Positions 55,768-64,000 of a stretch of 64,000 nucleotides of DNA are shown in pieces. How positions within the stretch are numbered: the first letter of the stretch is position 1; every line of letters begins with the position of its first letter. The notes beneath the pieces were generated by a model, which saw nothing but the letters and a program-made list of their open reading frames with translations, was not told the DNA's origin and ran no database searches. The stretch spans positions 64,001-128,000 of the forward strand of contig JAVQSZ010000001.1 of NCBI GenBank assembly GCA_033581555.1, read 5' to 3'. Both the position numbers and the translations under genes were made by a program. The DNA comes from Nitrososphaerota archaeon. Its GTDB lineage: Archaea > Thermoproteota > Nitrososphaeria_A > Caldarchaeales > Calditenuaceae.

Positions 55768-56798
55768 TCGATCGTTACTACCTCGTTCGGGACCCTGACG
55801 AACTTGTTGATGCCGGTCATTGCGATCAAACGGCAGTTGTCGATGACCTCAGTCAGGCTCTTGAGGACCATCCTGTACGAGAGGGCCCTGTTCTGGTCCC
55901 TGACACCTTCGATGACCTTGATCTCGAGCGCGTTGATCTCCTGGATCAGCTTCGGGATGAGCGACATAGAGTCCTCCAGGAGCTTCAGGTCGCCGACGAG
56001 GTAGCCGTTCAGCGCCATTCCGAACGCGGTCGTGATCTCGGTCGCGAGGTGTGAGAGCTCCGCAGCGAGCCCCTTCGGGTCCCTCTCCCTGGTCCCGGCC
56101 CACTTCACCGCCTCCCTCGAGATCTGGAGAGCTTGGTCCGCGATCTCCTCTACGGCCGAGAGGATGACCCTCAGCCCCAGGAGCGCGATCGGGGACTCTA
56201 TGCCCAGAGTCTTGATCAGCGACTTGTCCCTTCCGGCCATCAGGAGCTGCCTGAGGCAAAGGAAGTAGTAACTGTCGATCCTCTGCTCCGCCCTCGCGAC
56301 CTCGGAGGCCCTCTCGGGGAGGTTCTCGGCGAACGCGTCGACCGCGGACTCTAGCATCGAGGCGATGAGGACCTGCATCCTCCTCACCAGCTCCTCGATC
56401 GTGTACTTGCTGGAGTCGATGATCACCCTCAGCTCTAGCTCGAAGTCGTCTTGCCTGATCACTTCTAGGCCCGGGAGCCTGTCGACCTCCGCGATGACCT
56501 CGTCGAACATCCAGGAGTTCGCGCCGCTCACCGACCTCACGGTGATCCTGTCGACGCCCTGCAGGTAGCAAGCGGTTACTATCCTCTGGAGGGAGTCCAC
56601 CGACTGGAGCCTGTCGGCCTCTATCTTGGCCACTAGAGACCTCTCGGGCCTGAGGGCGGTCCTGATCAACACGCCCTCGTCCGAGACCTCGACGTAGACC
56701 TGGTCGCCGGCCTTTAGGCCCTGCTCCGCGACCCACTTCCTCGGCAGCGAGACCACGAGGGTCGTCGAGCCGAGCCTCTGAAGCCTCCTGACCTCCAT
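55758..56798 (-). CDS. AbrB-domain PhoU-family phosphate uptake regulator
   Basis: VRRLQRLGSTTLVVSLPRKW AbrB N-terminus followed by PhoU-like helical repeats. Confidence 0.88.
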   Translation of the reverse strand: MEVRRLQRLGSTTLVVSLPRKWVAEQGLKAGDQVYVEVSDEGVLIRTALRPERSLVAKIEADRLQSVDSLQRIVTACYLQGVDRITVRSVSGANSWMFDEVIAEVDRLPGLEVIRQDDFELELRVIIDSSKYTIEELVRRMQVLIASMLESAVDAFAENLPERASEVARAEQRIDSYYFLCLRQLLMAGRDKSLIKTLGIESPIALLGLRVILSAVEEIADQALQISREAVKWAGTRERDPKGLAAELSHLATEITTAFGMALNGYLVGDLKLLEDSMSLIPKLIQEINALEIKVIEGVRDQNRALSYRMVLKSLTEVIDNCRLIAMTGINKFVRVPNEVVTIDYE

Positions 56799-56900
56799 GC
56801 CCCTGGGGTATATGCGACATATATCGGATATTAGGGTGTTTGCGCCAACGTCAAGGCCGCTCCAGGGGGAACCCCTCGACCGGGCCTGCCCGGTGATGCA

Positions 56901-57842
56901 TCAGTACATCTCCCTCAGCTGCTCGGCGGGCAGGAACTCCTCCTCGAGCCTCCGGTACCTCTCGATTCCCACCAGGGAGTGGTGGTCCGCGGTCGGGAGA
57001 CCCTTCTCCTGAAGCTCCAGCTCCCACTGGGCCTCCTCCTGACGCTCGGCGAGGGCCTTCGCGAACTTGTAGACCGCCATCATCTCTGCGTGGAGGGCGC
57101 CCATGCTCACCACGATCAGCTTGTAGCCCCTCGAGGCGACCTCGGAGAACCTCAGCGGCCGCTTCGACTCGGTCCACTTGAAGCTCGAGGAGTAGTTGAA
57201 GACTAAGGGGACGTCCGGGTACTCCCTCTTGACGCGCTCGGCGAACTCCCAGGCCAGCTCGTCGTCGGGCCTCCTGAACTCCGCCCAGAGGGCGTCGGCC
57301 CCCGCGTCCCTGAACGCGACAGCCCTTTTGACCGCCTCCTCGAGCGTCCCGCCCTTCGTTCCCAGCACGTCGGTCCTCGCGATCAGGAAGAAGTCCGGGT
57401 CGACCGCGTCCCTCCTCCTCGCGAGGGATTTCACCTTCAGCACGGCCTCCTCGAACCCGATCACCCTCTTCCCCGCCAGGTGGCCGCACCGCTTCGGGAA
57501 CCTCTGGTCCTCGACGTGAATGGCCGCGACTCCTGCAGCGACGAACTCCTCAACGGTCCTCGTCGCGGTCACGGCGTTACCGTAGCCGTCGTCCGCGTCT
57601 GAAATCACGGGGATGCTCACCGCCCTCGCTACCCGGCCCGCGAACTCGACCATCTCGGGGAGCGTGAGGAACCCGATGTCCGGTCTCACCAGGTACCCAA
57701 TCGAGCAAGAGTACCCGCTGACGTAGACCGCCTTCAGCCCCACCATCTCGACGAGCTTCGCCTGGATCGGCGTGTAGACTCCGGTCGTCCAGACGTAGTC
57801 CTCCTGCCTGAGGAGCCTCCTCAGCTCCCTGCTCCTGTCCAC
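56901..57842 (-). CDS. aceA: Isocitrate lyase / PEP mutase superfamily enzyme, resembles short haloarchaeal-type isocitrate lyase
   Basis: DADDGYG, EDQRFPKRCGH, IARTD, FNYSSSFKW, TADHH; gene symbol is tentative. Confidence 0.75.
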   Translation of the reverse strand: MDRSRELRRLLRQEDYVWTTGVYTPIQAKLVEMVGLKAVYVSGYSCSIGYLVRPDIGFLTLPEMVEFAGRVARAVSIPVISDADDGYGNAVTATRTVEEFVAAGVAAIHVEDQRFPKRCGHLAGKRVIGFEEAVLKVKSLARRRDAVDPDFFLIARTDVLGTKGGTLEEAVKRAVAFRDAGADALWAEFRRPDDELAWEFAERVKREYPDVPLVFNYSSSFKWTESKRPLRFSEVASRGYKLIVVSMGALHAEMMAVYKFAKALAERQEEAQWELELQEKGLPTADHHSLVGIERYRRLEEEFLPAEQLREMY

Positions 57843-57972
57843 GTGGGGACTCAGGCTCGTCCGGATAAAGAGTTCGACCCGACCGGGTCCAATGGGACGC
57901 CCACGAAGGTCGGCCGTACCCCGTTACGTAGCACAACAATTATTATCACGCTTAACTGTAAAATAAATCGAG

Positions 57973-59151
57973 TTGGGTAGGAGGGTCGCGGTAGTAGGCA
58001 TCGGTATAACGCGGTTCGGCAGGAGGTCCGACGCGTCGCTCAGCGAGCTGGCCTTCGAGGCCGGCAGGGAGGCAATTAGGGACGCGGGGATAGAGCCGAA
58101 GGACGTGAGGTTCCTCTCGGTGGGGAACGTGGGCGCGTGGAGCGCCGAGCCCCTTCCGGCGGTTCTGGTCGCGGAGTACCTCGGGCTGGACAACCCAGGG
58201 TCGATGAGGGTAGAGGCGGCCTGCGCTTCGGGGAGCGCGGCGATCAAGGTCGCCTACGACGCGGTCGCCTCCGGATCGGTCGACGTCGCGATGGCCTTAG
58301 GCGTCGAGAGGATGAACGAGTCACCGACGCCGAACGTCGTCGAGCTGATAGGCCGCGCGGGGAACTACTTCTGGGAGTTCGAGAACTTCGGGCTGACCTT
58401 CCCGGGATACTACGCGATCTACGCCACCGCGTACATGGACAAGTACGGCGCGAGGGAGGAGGACATCGCTGAGGTCGCCGTGAAGAACCACTACTACGGC
58501 TCGATGAACCCTTATGCGCAGTTCCAGAGGCCGGTGAAGCTCGAAGAGGTGATGTCATCGCGGTACATCGCGTGGCCCCTGAAGCTCCTCGAGTGCTCCC
58601 CGATCACCGACGGGGCTGCAGCGGCCGTCCTGGCCTCGGAGGAGGTCGCGAGGAAGCTTACCGACTCGCCGGTCTGGATCAGGGGGATGGGCTACGCGAC
58701 GGGGACCTCAAACCTCTCGAAGAGGCAGGACTTCCTGGGGCTCGAGCCCGCGGCGAGGGCAGCCAGGCAGGCATACGCGGAGGCCGGAATAGACCCCGAG
58801 AGGCCCTACAAGCAGATAGACGTCGCGACCGTCCACGACTGCTTCTCGATCGCGGAGATCCTGGCTTACGAGGACCTCGGCTTCGCGAGGAGGGGAGAGG
58901 GCTACATGCTGCTGAAGGAGCACCAGACCTACATCGGCGGCTTGGTGCCTGTCAACCTCGACGGAGGCCTGAAGGCTAAGGGTCACCCGATCGGCGCGAC
59001 GGGCGTCGGGATGGCGGTCGAGGCGGTCAAGCAGCTCCGGAGGAAGGCCGAGCCCGGAAGGCAGGCGGACATAAGGAACGGCGTCGCGCTCACCCACAAC
59101 GTCGGCGGGACCGGTCATTACGCCTACGTGACCGTCTACTCGATCGACTGA
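57973..59151 (+). CDS. Archaeal thiolase (acetyl-CoA acetyltransferase family)
   Basis: VEAACASG, CSPITDGAAA, VHDCF, KGHPIGATG, HNVGG. Confidence 0.94.
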   Translation: MGRRVAVVGIGITRFGRRSDASLSELAFEAGREAIRDAGIEPKDVRFLSVGNVGAWSAEPLPAVLVAEYLGLDNPGSMRVEAACASGSAAIKVAYDAVASGSVDVAMALGVERMNESPTPNVVELIGRAGNYFWEFENFGLTFPGYYAIYATAYMDKYGAREEDIAEVAVKNHYYGSMNPYAQFQRPVKLEEVMSSRYIAWPLKLLECSPITDGAAAAVLASEEVARKLTDSPVWIRGMGYATGTSNLSKRQDFLGLEPAARAARQAYAEAGIDPERPYKQIDVATVHDCFSIAEILAYEDLGFARRGEGYMLLKEHQTYIGGLVPVNLDGGLKAKGHPIGATGVGMAVEAVKQLRRKAEPGRQADIRNGVALTHNVGGTGHYAYVTVYSID

Positions 59152-59214
59152 CCTCCCGGAACTCCCCGGACCTCGACCGGTAGATTTATAATTCGTCCAC
59201 TCGGTCCGCGCAGG

Positions 59215-60219
59215 ATGAAGGCCGTAGTTCTCAGGAGGTTCAACGAGTCGCCGGTCTTGGAGGTCGTCCAGCGGCCCGAGAGGGCACCCGAGGGGTTCGC
59301 GCTCGTCGAGGTGGAGGCCGCGGGCGTCTGCTACAGGGACCTGCTAGTGACCGAGGGGAAGTTCCCGAGGGCCAGACTTCCTGTCGTGCTGGGACACGAG
59401 TTCTCCGGGAGGGTCCTCCAGGTGAGCGGCGACTCGGGGATCAGGGAGGGGGACCTGGTCGCGGGGCTCCCTCACGCAGTGTGTGGCTCGTGCGAGTACT
59501 GCCTGACGAAGCGGGAGAACCTCTGCGTCAACAGGCTCTGGTACGGCGAGGCGATCGACGGGACCTTCAGGGAGGTGACCGCGGTCGACCTGAAGACGGT
59601 CGTGAAGGTGCCGGACGGAGTTGCGCCTGAGGCCGCGGCGATCTCGAGCTGCGTCGTCGGGATGCTCATCCACGGGATCAGGGACGTGGGGGAGGCCAAA
59701 AGGGGGGAGAGGGCCCTAGTGACGGGGGCTGGGGGAGGCGTCGGGATCCACGCGGTCCAGGTCGCAAAGGCGATCGGGTGCAAGGTCGTCGCGGTCACGA
59801 GGTCTGAGTCGAAGGCCGAGACGGTGAGGAGGGCGGGGGCGGACGACGTGATCGTCGGGAGCTCCTTCTCCGAGGAGGCGAAGAGGAGGTGGGACGGGGT
59901 CGACTTGGTCATGGAGTGCGTCGGCGAGCCGACCTTCGGCGAGAGCATCAGGTCCCTGAGGTGGGGAGGGAGGATCGTGCTGATAGGGAACGTGACCGCA
60001 GGGACGTTCCCGCTTCCCCTGGGACTGGTCATCCTGAAGGGCCTGAGCGTGAGGGGGGTCGTGGGGTCGACGATGTCAACGCTCCGGGATGCGCTCGAGA
60101 TGATCGCCCGGGGCGACGTGAGGCCGGTCGTGAGGACGCTCCGGCTTGAGGAGTTCGCCCAGGCACTCGAGGCGCTGAGGGCGGGGGCTGCGCTGGGGAG
60201 GTTCGTGCTCAAGCCCTGA
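59215..60219 (+). CDS. Zn-dependent MDR dehydrogenase/reductase, acryloyl-CoA reductase-like
   Basis: VCYRDLL, LGHE, CGSCEYC...C, VTGAGGGVGIHAVQVAK. Confidence 0.85.
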   Translation: MKAVVLRRFNESPVLEVVQRPERAPEGFALVEVEAAGVCYRDLLVTEGKFPRARLPVVLGHEFSGRVLQVSGDSGIREGDLVAGLPHAVCGSCEYCLTKRENLCVNRLWYGEAIDGTFREVTAVDLKTVVKVPDGVAPEAAAISSCVVGMLIHGIRDVGEAKRGERALVTGAGGGVGIHAVQVAKAIGCKVVAVTRSESKAETVRRAGADDVIVGSSFSEEAKRRWDGVDLVMECVGEPTFGESIRSLRWGGRIVLIGNVTAGTFPLPLGLVILKGLSVRGVVGSTMSTLRDALEMIARGDVRPVVRTLRLEEFAQALEALRAGAALGRFVLKP

Positions 60220-61378
60220 GGAGCCCAATTACCTCCGAGGCCGGCGCGTCGGTCTTCACCGCAGAACCGTCGTAGTGGACCCTGGAGGCCCTGAACCCCA
60301 GTGACCTCAGCTGCTCGATCAGCCACGTGACGCTCGGCGGGGAACACCTGGCCCTCCTCGCGAGCTCCGAGACCGGATAGGAGTACGGGACGTCGGGGAG
60401 CTCCTCCCGGACCCGCTTCAGGACCCTGACCGCCTCACCGAAGCCCGGGTCCTCTGCCAGCTCGGAGCTCAGGGCCTTATTAACGAGAGAGTCGTCCTTC
60501 AGCGGCCCCAGCCAAAGCGGCCCGAGCGCCCTGACATCCGAACCGCACGAGGGGCACCGGCCTCCGAGCCCCTGTAGGTCCCCGATGACCTCTACGGAGA
60601 GGCATGAGTCGCAGTAGCGGAGGTACCCGAGCGCCGAGACCGCCTCGAAAGCCCTGAGCTTCCCCCTCTCGATCCTCGCGAAGACCCTGACGAAGTGGGC
60701 CTTGACGACCGAGAGGACCGGGACCGCGGACCTCGAGAGCCTCCCCGCAGTGACAGCGCAGATCGCCGCGAGGGCCCTCATCGCGACCTCCTTCCCGAAG
60801 ACGGTCCTCGAGAGGTTCAGCGAGTACCTCCACCTAGCGGTCCTCTGGGAGGCCCCCGTGAGGGCTGCGAGGTCGGTCGCCGAGACTCCGATAAGGCCCT
60901 CGCTCCTCACGGCCCTGATCGAGTTCTCGAGGAACCTCGCGGGCGAGCCCGACGGGTCCAAGTCGACGTAGTGGACCCTCGCGCCCTCCGCGGCGAGCTT
61001 GACCAGCAGGAGGTTCCCGTCCATGTGGTAACCCCTCAGGGAGCCCTCGAGGCCGTTGAGCCTCGCGTTCAGCTCGATCAGCCTCGCAGACCGCTCGTTG
61101 ATGTCGCTCGCGAAGCCCTCGGAGAACCTCGAGGCCTCGAGCATCAGCCTCACCGCCCTCGCGCCCAGCCCGGCCAAGGGCTCCGCGAAGGTCCTCCCGG
61201 AAGAGTCGAAGTAGGCCGCCGTCGTCAGGACCGCGAAGTCCCTCGATATCTTGGACGCCGGGTTGTAGAACGCCGGGAGCTTCGAGGGCTCGATCCTCCC
61301 AACGCCCTCGGGGACCATCAACCTGGCCTTGCCCTCGACCAGCTCGATCGTCGGGAAGTCCAGCTCCAAGCGCTTCAC
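60209..61378 (-). CDS. trm1: tRNA (guanine-26-N2)-dimethyltransferase
   Basis: FYNP...RD, GARAVR, VDLDPSGSP, SATD, CxxC...CPSCG, GPLWLG. Confidence 0.92.
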   Translation of the reverse strand: MKRLELDFPTIELVEGKARLMVPEGVGRIEPSKLPAFYNPASKISRDFAVLTTAAYFDSSGRTFAEPLAGLGARAVRLMLEASRFSEGFASDINERSARLIELNARLNGLEGSLRGYHMDGNLLLVKLAAEGARVHYVDLDPSGSPARFLENSIRAVRSEGLIGVSATDLAALTGASQRTARWRYSLNLSRTVFGKEVAMRALAAICAVTAGRLSRSAVPVLSVVKAHFVRVFARIERGKLRAFEAVSALGYLRYCDSCLSVEVIGDLQGLGGRCPSCGSDVRALGPLWLGPLKDDSLVNKALSSELAEDPGFGEAVRVLKRVREELPDVPYSYPVSELARRARCSPPSVTWLIEQLRSLGFRASRVHYDGSAVKTDAPASEVIGLLRA

Positions 61379-61902
61379 CCCAACAGGTGATTCACGGCCT
61401 CCCTCGCGACCCTCTCGGCCTCTCCGAACCTCACCACGAGCCTCAGCGTCGCAGAGGAGTTCAGCCTCTCAATCAGGGGATGCTTGGCCCTGAAGTGGAC
61501 CGTGAAGAGCGACCTCTCGAGAGAGCTCACGGAAGACCCGACCGCCTCCACGAACCTCCTCGACATCAGCTCCATCGGCCCGACCTCGTCGACGATCAGC
61601 ACCGCTCCCCTCTCCACCGCTGCCGTGATCGCGGGGATCCCGAGCTCCTCAAGGTTCTCGGGGAAGACCGCGTATGACCCGAGTCTGTGCGGGCCGCTGG
61701 GCCCCTTCCTCGCCAGGGGGACGCTCGACGCGCCGGAGAGTTCCACGACGTCGAACCCTATCCTGGCTCCTCCCTCCCTCACCTCCCGGGTGACGAACCC
61801 TCCGACCTCAAGGCCCCTAGACCTGAGCTCCTCTGCGACCCTGATCGCCGCGGTCGTCTTCCCGGACCCCGGAGGGCCCGTGATCACGACGAGCCTCCTC
61901 AT
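61375..61902 (-). CDS. NTPase (THEP1 family)
   Basis: ITGPPGSGKTT, GGFVTREVREGGARIGF, DEVGPMEL. Confidence 0.93.
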   Translation of the reverse strand: MRRLVVITGPPGSGKTTAAIRVAEELRSRGLEVGGFVTREVREGGARIGFDVVELSGASSVPLARKGPSGPHRLGSYAVFPENLEELGIPAITAAVERGAVLIVDEVGPMELMSRRFVEAVGSSVSSLERSLFTVHFRAKHPLIERLNSSATLRLVVRFGEAERVAREAVNHLLG

Positions 61903-62540
61903 CCCTCATCGAGGTGACGGTCGGGGGTGCCCAGGGACCTGACAGTCCTCCACGACCTCCTCACGTAATCCGGGAGGCTTCCGGAAGCCGCGAGGGCCCT
62001 CAGGTGTCCCATCGTCCTAGGATCGCTGGGGTACCCGGATCCGACGTCGCCCAGCCCCCTCACCGCCCTGTCCCTGGTGACCTTCGCGACGATCGAGGCG
62101 GCCGCGACCACCGGGAACCTCACGTCTGCCCTCACTGCGAAGCGGACGTCGACGCCCTCAACGCGCCCCATCAGCTCGCGGGCCCTCGTCGGGTTCCTGT
62201 ACGGAGAGTCGACGTAGACGACCCGTGGCTTCACCTCCTCGATCAGCTCCCTAATCGCCCTCAGCTCGAGGGCGTTGAGGCCGATGCCGCCCCTCGACCT
62301 CGCGGAGCGGTCTATCGACTCGGGCTCCAGGAGCTTCACCCTGATCACCGCGCCCCTCTCCACCAACGCGCCGAAGAGCCGCTCCCTCGCCCGAGGCGTG
62401 AGCGACTTCGAGTCCCTGACGCCCATCGCACTCAGCTCCTCGACAGTCTCCTCCTCGACCGCGATGAGCGCGATCACCAACGGGCCGAGGACCGAGCCCC
62501 TTCCGGCCTCGTCGACGCCGGCGACCAGCGACCGGACCAT
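61899..62540 (-). CDS. rnhB: Ribonuclease HII
   Basis: GVDEAGRGSVLGPL, VRDSK, AAASIVAKVTRD, GSGYPSDP. Confidence 0.97.
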   Translation of the reverse strand: MVRSLVAGVDEAGRGSVLGPLVIALIAVEEETVEELSAMGVRDSKSLTPRARERLFGALVERGAVIRVKLLEPESIDRSARSRGGIGLNALELRAIRELIEEVKPRVVYVDSPYRNPTRARELMGRVEGVDVRFAVRADVRFPVVAAASIVAKVTRDRAVRGLGDVGSGYPSDPRTMGHLRALAASGSLPDYVRRSWRTVRSLGTPDRHLDEG

Positions 62541-63241
62541 CAGCCCCTGAACCTCGCGATGACCATGACGTGGTCCAGCTCGTAGGGCTCGAGGTCGATC
62601 CTCCGCTCGACGACCGCGCCTCCCCTCTCCATCACCTCGATCTCCCTCCTGAAGACCAGCTCCGGGTCCTCGGTGCTGTCGATGCTCCTCGCCTTGATGG
62701 CCACCATTACTCTCCCCCCGGGCCTGAGGAAGTACCTCGCGTTGTCGATCACGATCCTGGCTTGGTCCGGCTGAGCGACGTCGCAGTAGATCACGTCGAC
62801 CTTGCCGACGAGGTAGGCGTACCTCTCTGGGAGCCTCGCGTCCCCGAAGATCGGGACGACGTTCCTCCTCCGCTTAGCGACCCTCTCGACGAACTGTGCC
62901 AAGACCCTCGGCGAGTACTCGACCGAGTAGACCATGCCTCCCTCGCCGACGACGTCGGAGACGTGACTGACGGTCGTCCCCGAGGCCGCGCCGAGGTAAA
63001 GCACCCTCGCGCCCGGAGAGATCGGCATCCGGTCCAGGCCCTTGAGCAGGGCCGCGGCCAGCTTGCTCCTGTACGGCACCCACTCCCGGAGCTCCTCGCC
63101 CTGATGCCTGAATAGCTGCTCGCCGTAGACCGAGAAGCCCCTGTCCAGGTTCCTGGTGCAGAGGTACCTCTTGGTCCCGTCCCACACCCAGTAGACGTTC
63201 TCCGCCGACTCGTGGGGCTCGACCTTCAGAGTCAACTCCAC
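62540..63241 (-). CDS. flpA: Fibrillarin-like rRNA/tRNA 2'-O-methyltransferase
   Basis: VYGE, RSKLAAA, LYLGAASGTTVSHVSD, DVAQPDQA, KARSID. Confidence 0.97.
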   Translation of the reverse strand: MELTLKVEPHESAENVYWVWDGTKRYLCTRNLDRGFSVYGEQLFRHQGEELREWVPYRSKLAAALLKGLDRMPISPGARVLYLGAASGTTVSHVSDVVGEGGMVYSVEYSPRVLAQFVERVAKRRRNVVPIFGDARLPERYAYLVGKVDVIYCDVAQPDQARIVIDNARYFLRPGGRVMVAIKARSIDSTEDPELVFRREIEVMERGGAVVERRIDLEPYELDHVMVIARFRG

Positions 63242-63294
63242 TCGGTTAAGGGCCCCGTTCTATCTAAACGGTTTTCCCGGGGATTCGGGACCGA

Positions 63295-64000
63295 TCACTT
63301 GCGCCTCCTGACCCCCTTCGGGGGCCTGACCGGTCTCCTGACCTCGACCCTCTCCTTCGCCGGCGGCGCCGGGTACTTCTCCCTGATCTCGCGGACCCTC
63401 TTCTCGAGCTCCTCCCTCAGCTGCGCGGACCTGTCCTCCCCAGAGAAGTAGTCGATCTTCGCGGCGATCGAGATCTTCGCGGCCAGCGCCCTCGCGACCT
63501 TCCCCCTCTGCCACTTGGGAGACCCGTGGACGTACGGGTGCTGGAAGATCACGCCGTGCTTCGGGGCGCCCCTCCCCGTCCTGAGGAACCTGAAGAGCGC
63601 CTTCTCCGCGCCCAGGAGCTGAACGAGGCTCGCCGGGGCCCTCGCGAGCCTCTCGAGCCCGCCCGCGAGCGTTATCAGCCTCGCGCCGACCATCGGACCC
63701 GCGATCGCAGCGACGTTCGGTGCCTCGAGCGCCATCAGCTGCCTGACGTAGGACTGGAGCCTGTCCCTGTACCCCATCAGGTCGACGGCCCTCCTCGCGA
63801 GCTCGAGTATCTCGTTCATGTCCGCCTCCGAGACCTCGACGCCCAAGCTCCTCCTCGACGCCTCGACGACCCTCTCGGCTTCCCTCCTGTCCAGCACGCC
63901 GGAGAGCGCCTCCCTCGACGCGTTAGACCTCGGCCCCATCGCGAGCACGACCTTGACGTACTTCTCGGGGTCGCCCACGAGCTCCTTCAGCTCAGGGAAG
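63295..64000 (-). CDS. nop5: C/D box sRNP protein Nop5 (Nop56/58), 5' end outside window
   Basis: APN, GARLITLAG, PASLVQLLGAEKALF, PKHGVIFQ, RGKVARALAAK. Confidence 0.96.
   Translation of the reverse strand, partial: FPELKELVGDPEKYVKVVLAMGPRSNASREALSGVLDRREAERVVEASRRSLGVEVSEADMNEILELARRAVDLMGYRDRLQSYVRQLMALEAPNVAAIAGPMVGARLITLAGGLERLARAPASLVQLLGAEKALFRFLRTGRGAPKHGVIFQHPYVHGSPKWQRGKVARALAAKISIAAKIDYFSGEDRSAQLREELEKRVREIREKYPAPPAKERVEVRRPVRPPKGVRRRK

Overview
High-GC (about 65% by hand count of sample lines) archaeal chromosome segment. Archaeal identity rests on EF-2 with the diphthamide His, fibrillarin/Nop5, Trm1, TrpB2, a geranylgeranyl reductase and an A1-U72 initiator tRNA. A thermophilic TACK lineage such as Caldarchaeales ('Aigarchaeota') is an inference. 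Positions 1-28.8 kb and 55-64 kb are housekeeping or metabolic: S9 peptidase, PPDK, Mo/W ABC transporter, glutamate synthase, SucC, EtfB, UDG, ICL, thiolase, an RNA-modification cluster and three tRNAs. The standout is a ~26 kb locus (28.8-55.0 kb). In it, a eukaryote-like ubiquitin conjugation set (E1, a ubiquitin-like domain ending in GG fused in-frame to an E2, an Rpn11-like JAMM protease, a RING-type zinc finger) is interleaved with a type IV pilus/T2SS-like system (ATPase, TadC-like platform protein, about 7 pilin-like genes). The locus also carries CdvA/SHOCT-like coiled-coil proteins, an ABC exporter, a pilin with a low-GC pre-toxin-like insert, a 1490-aa repeat protein and two surface metalloproteases. 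All family calls come from motif recognition by eye; no database searches were run.
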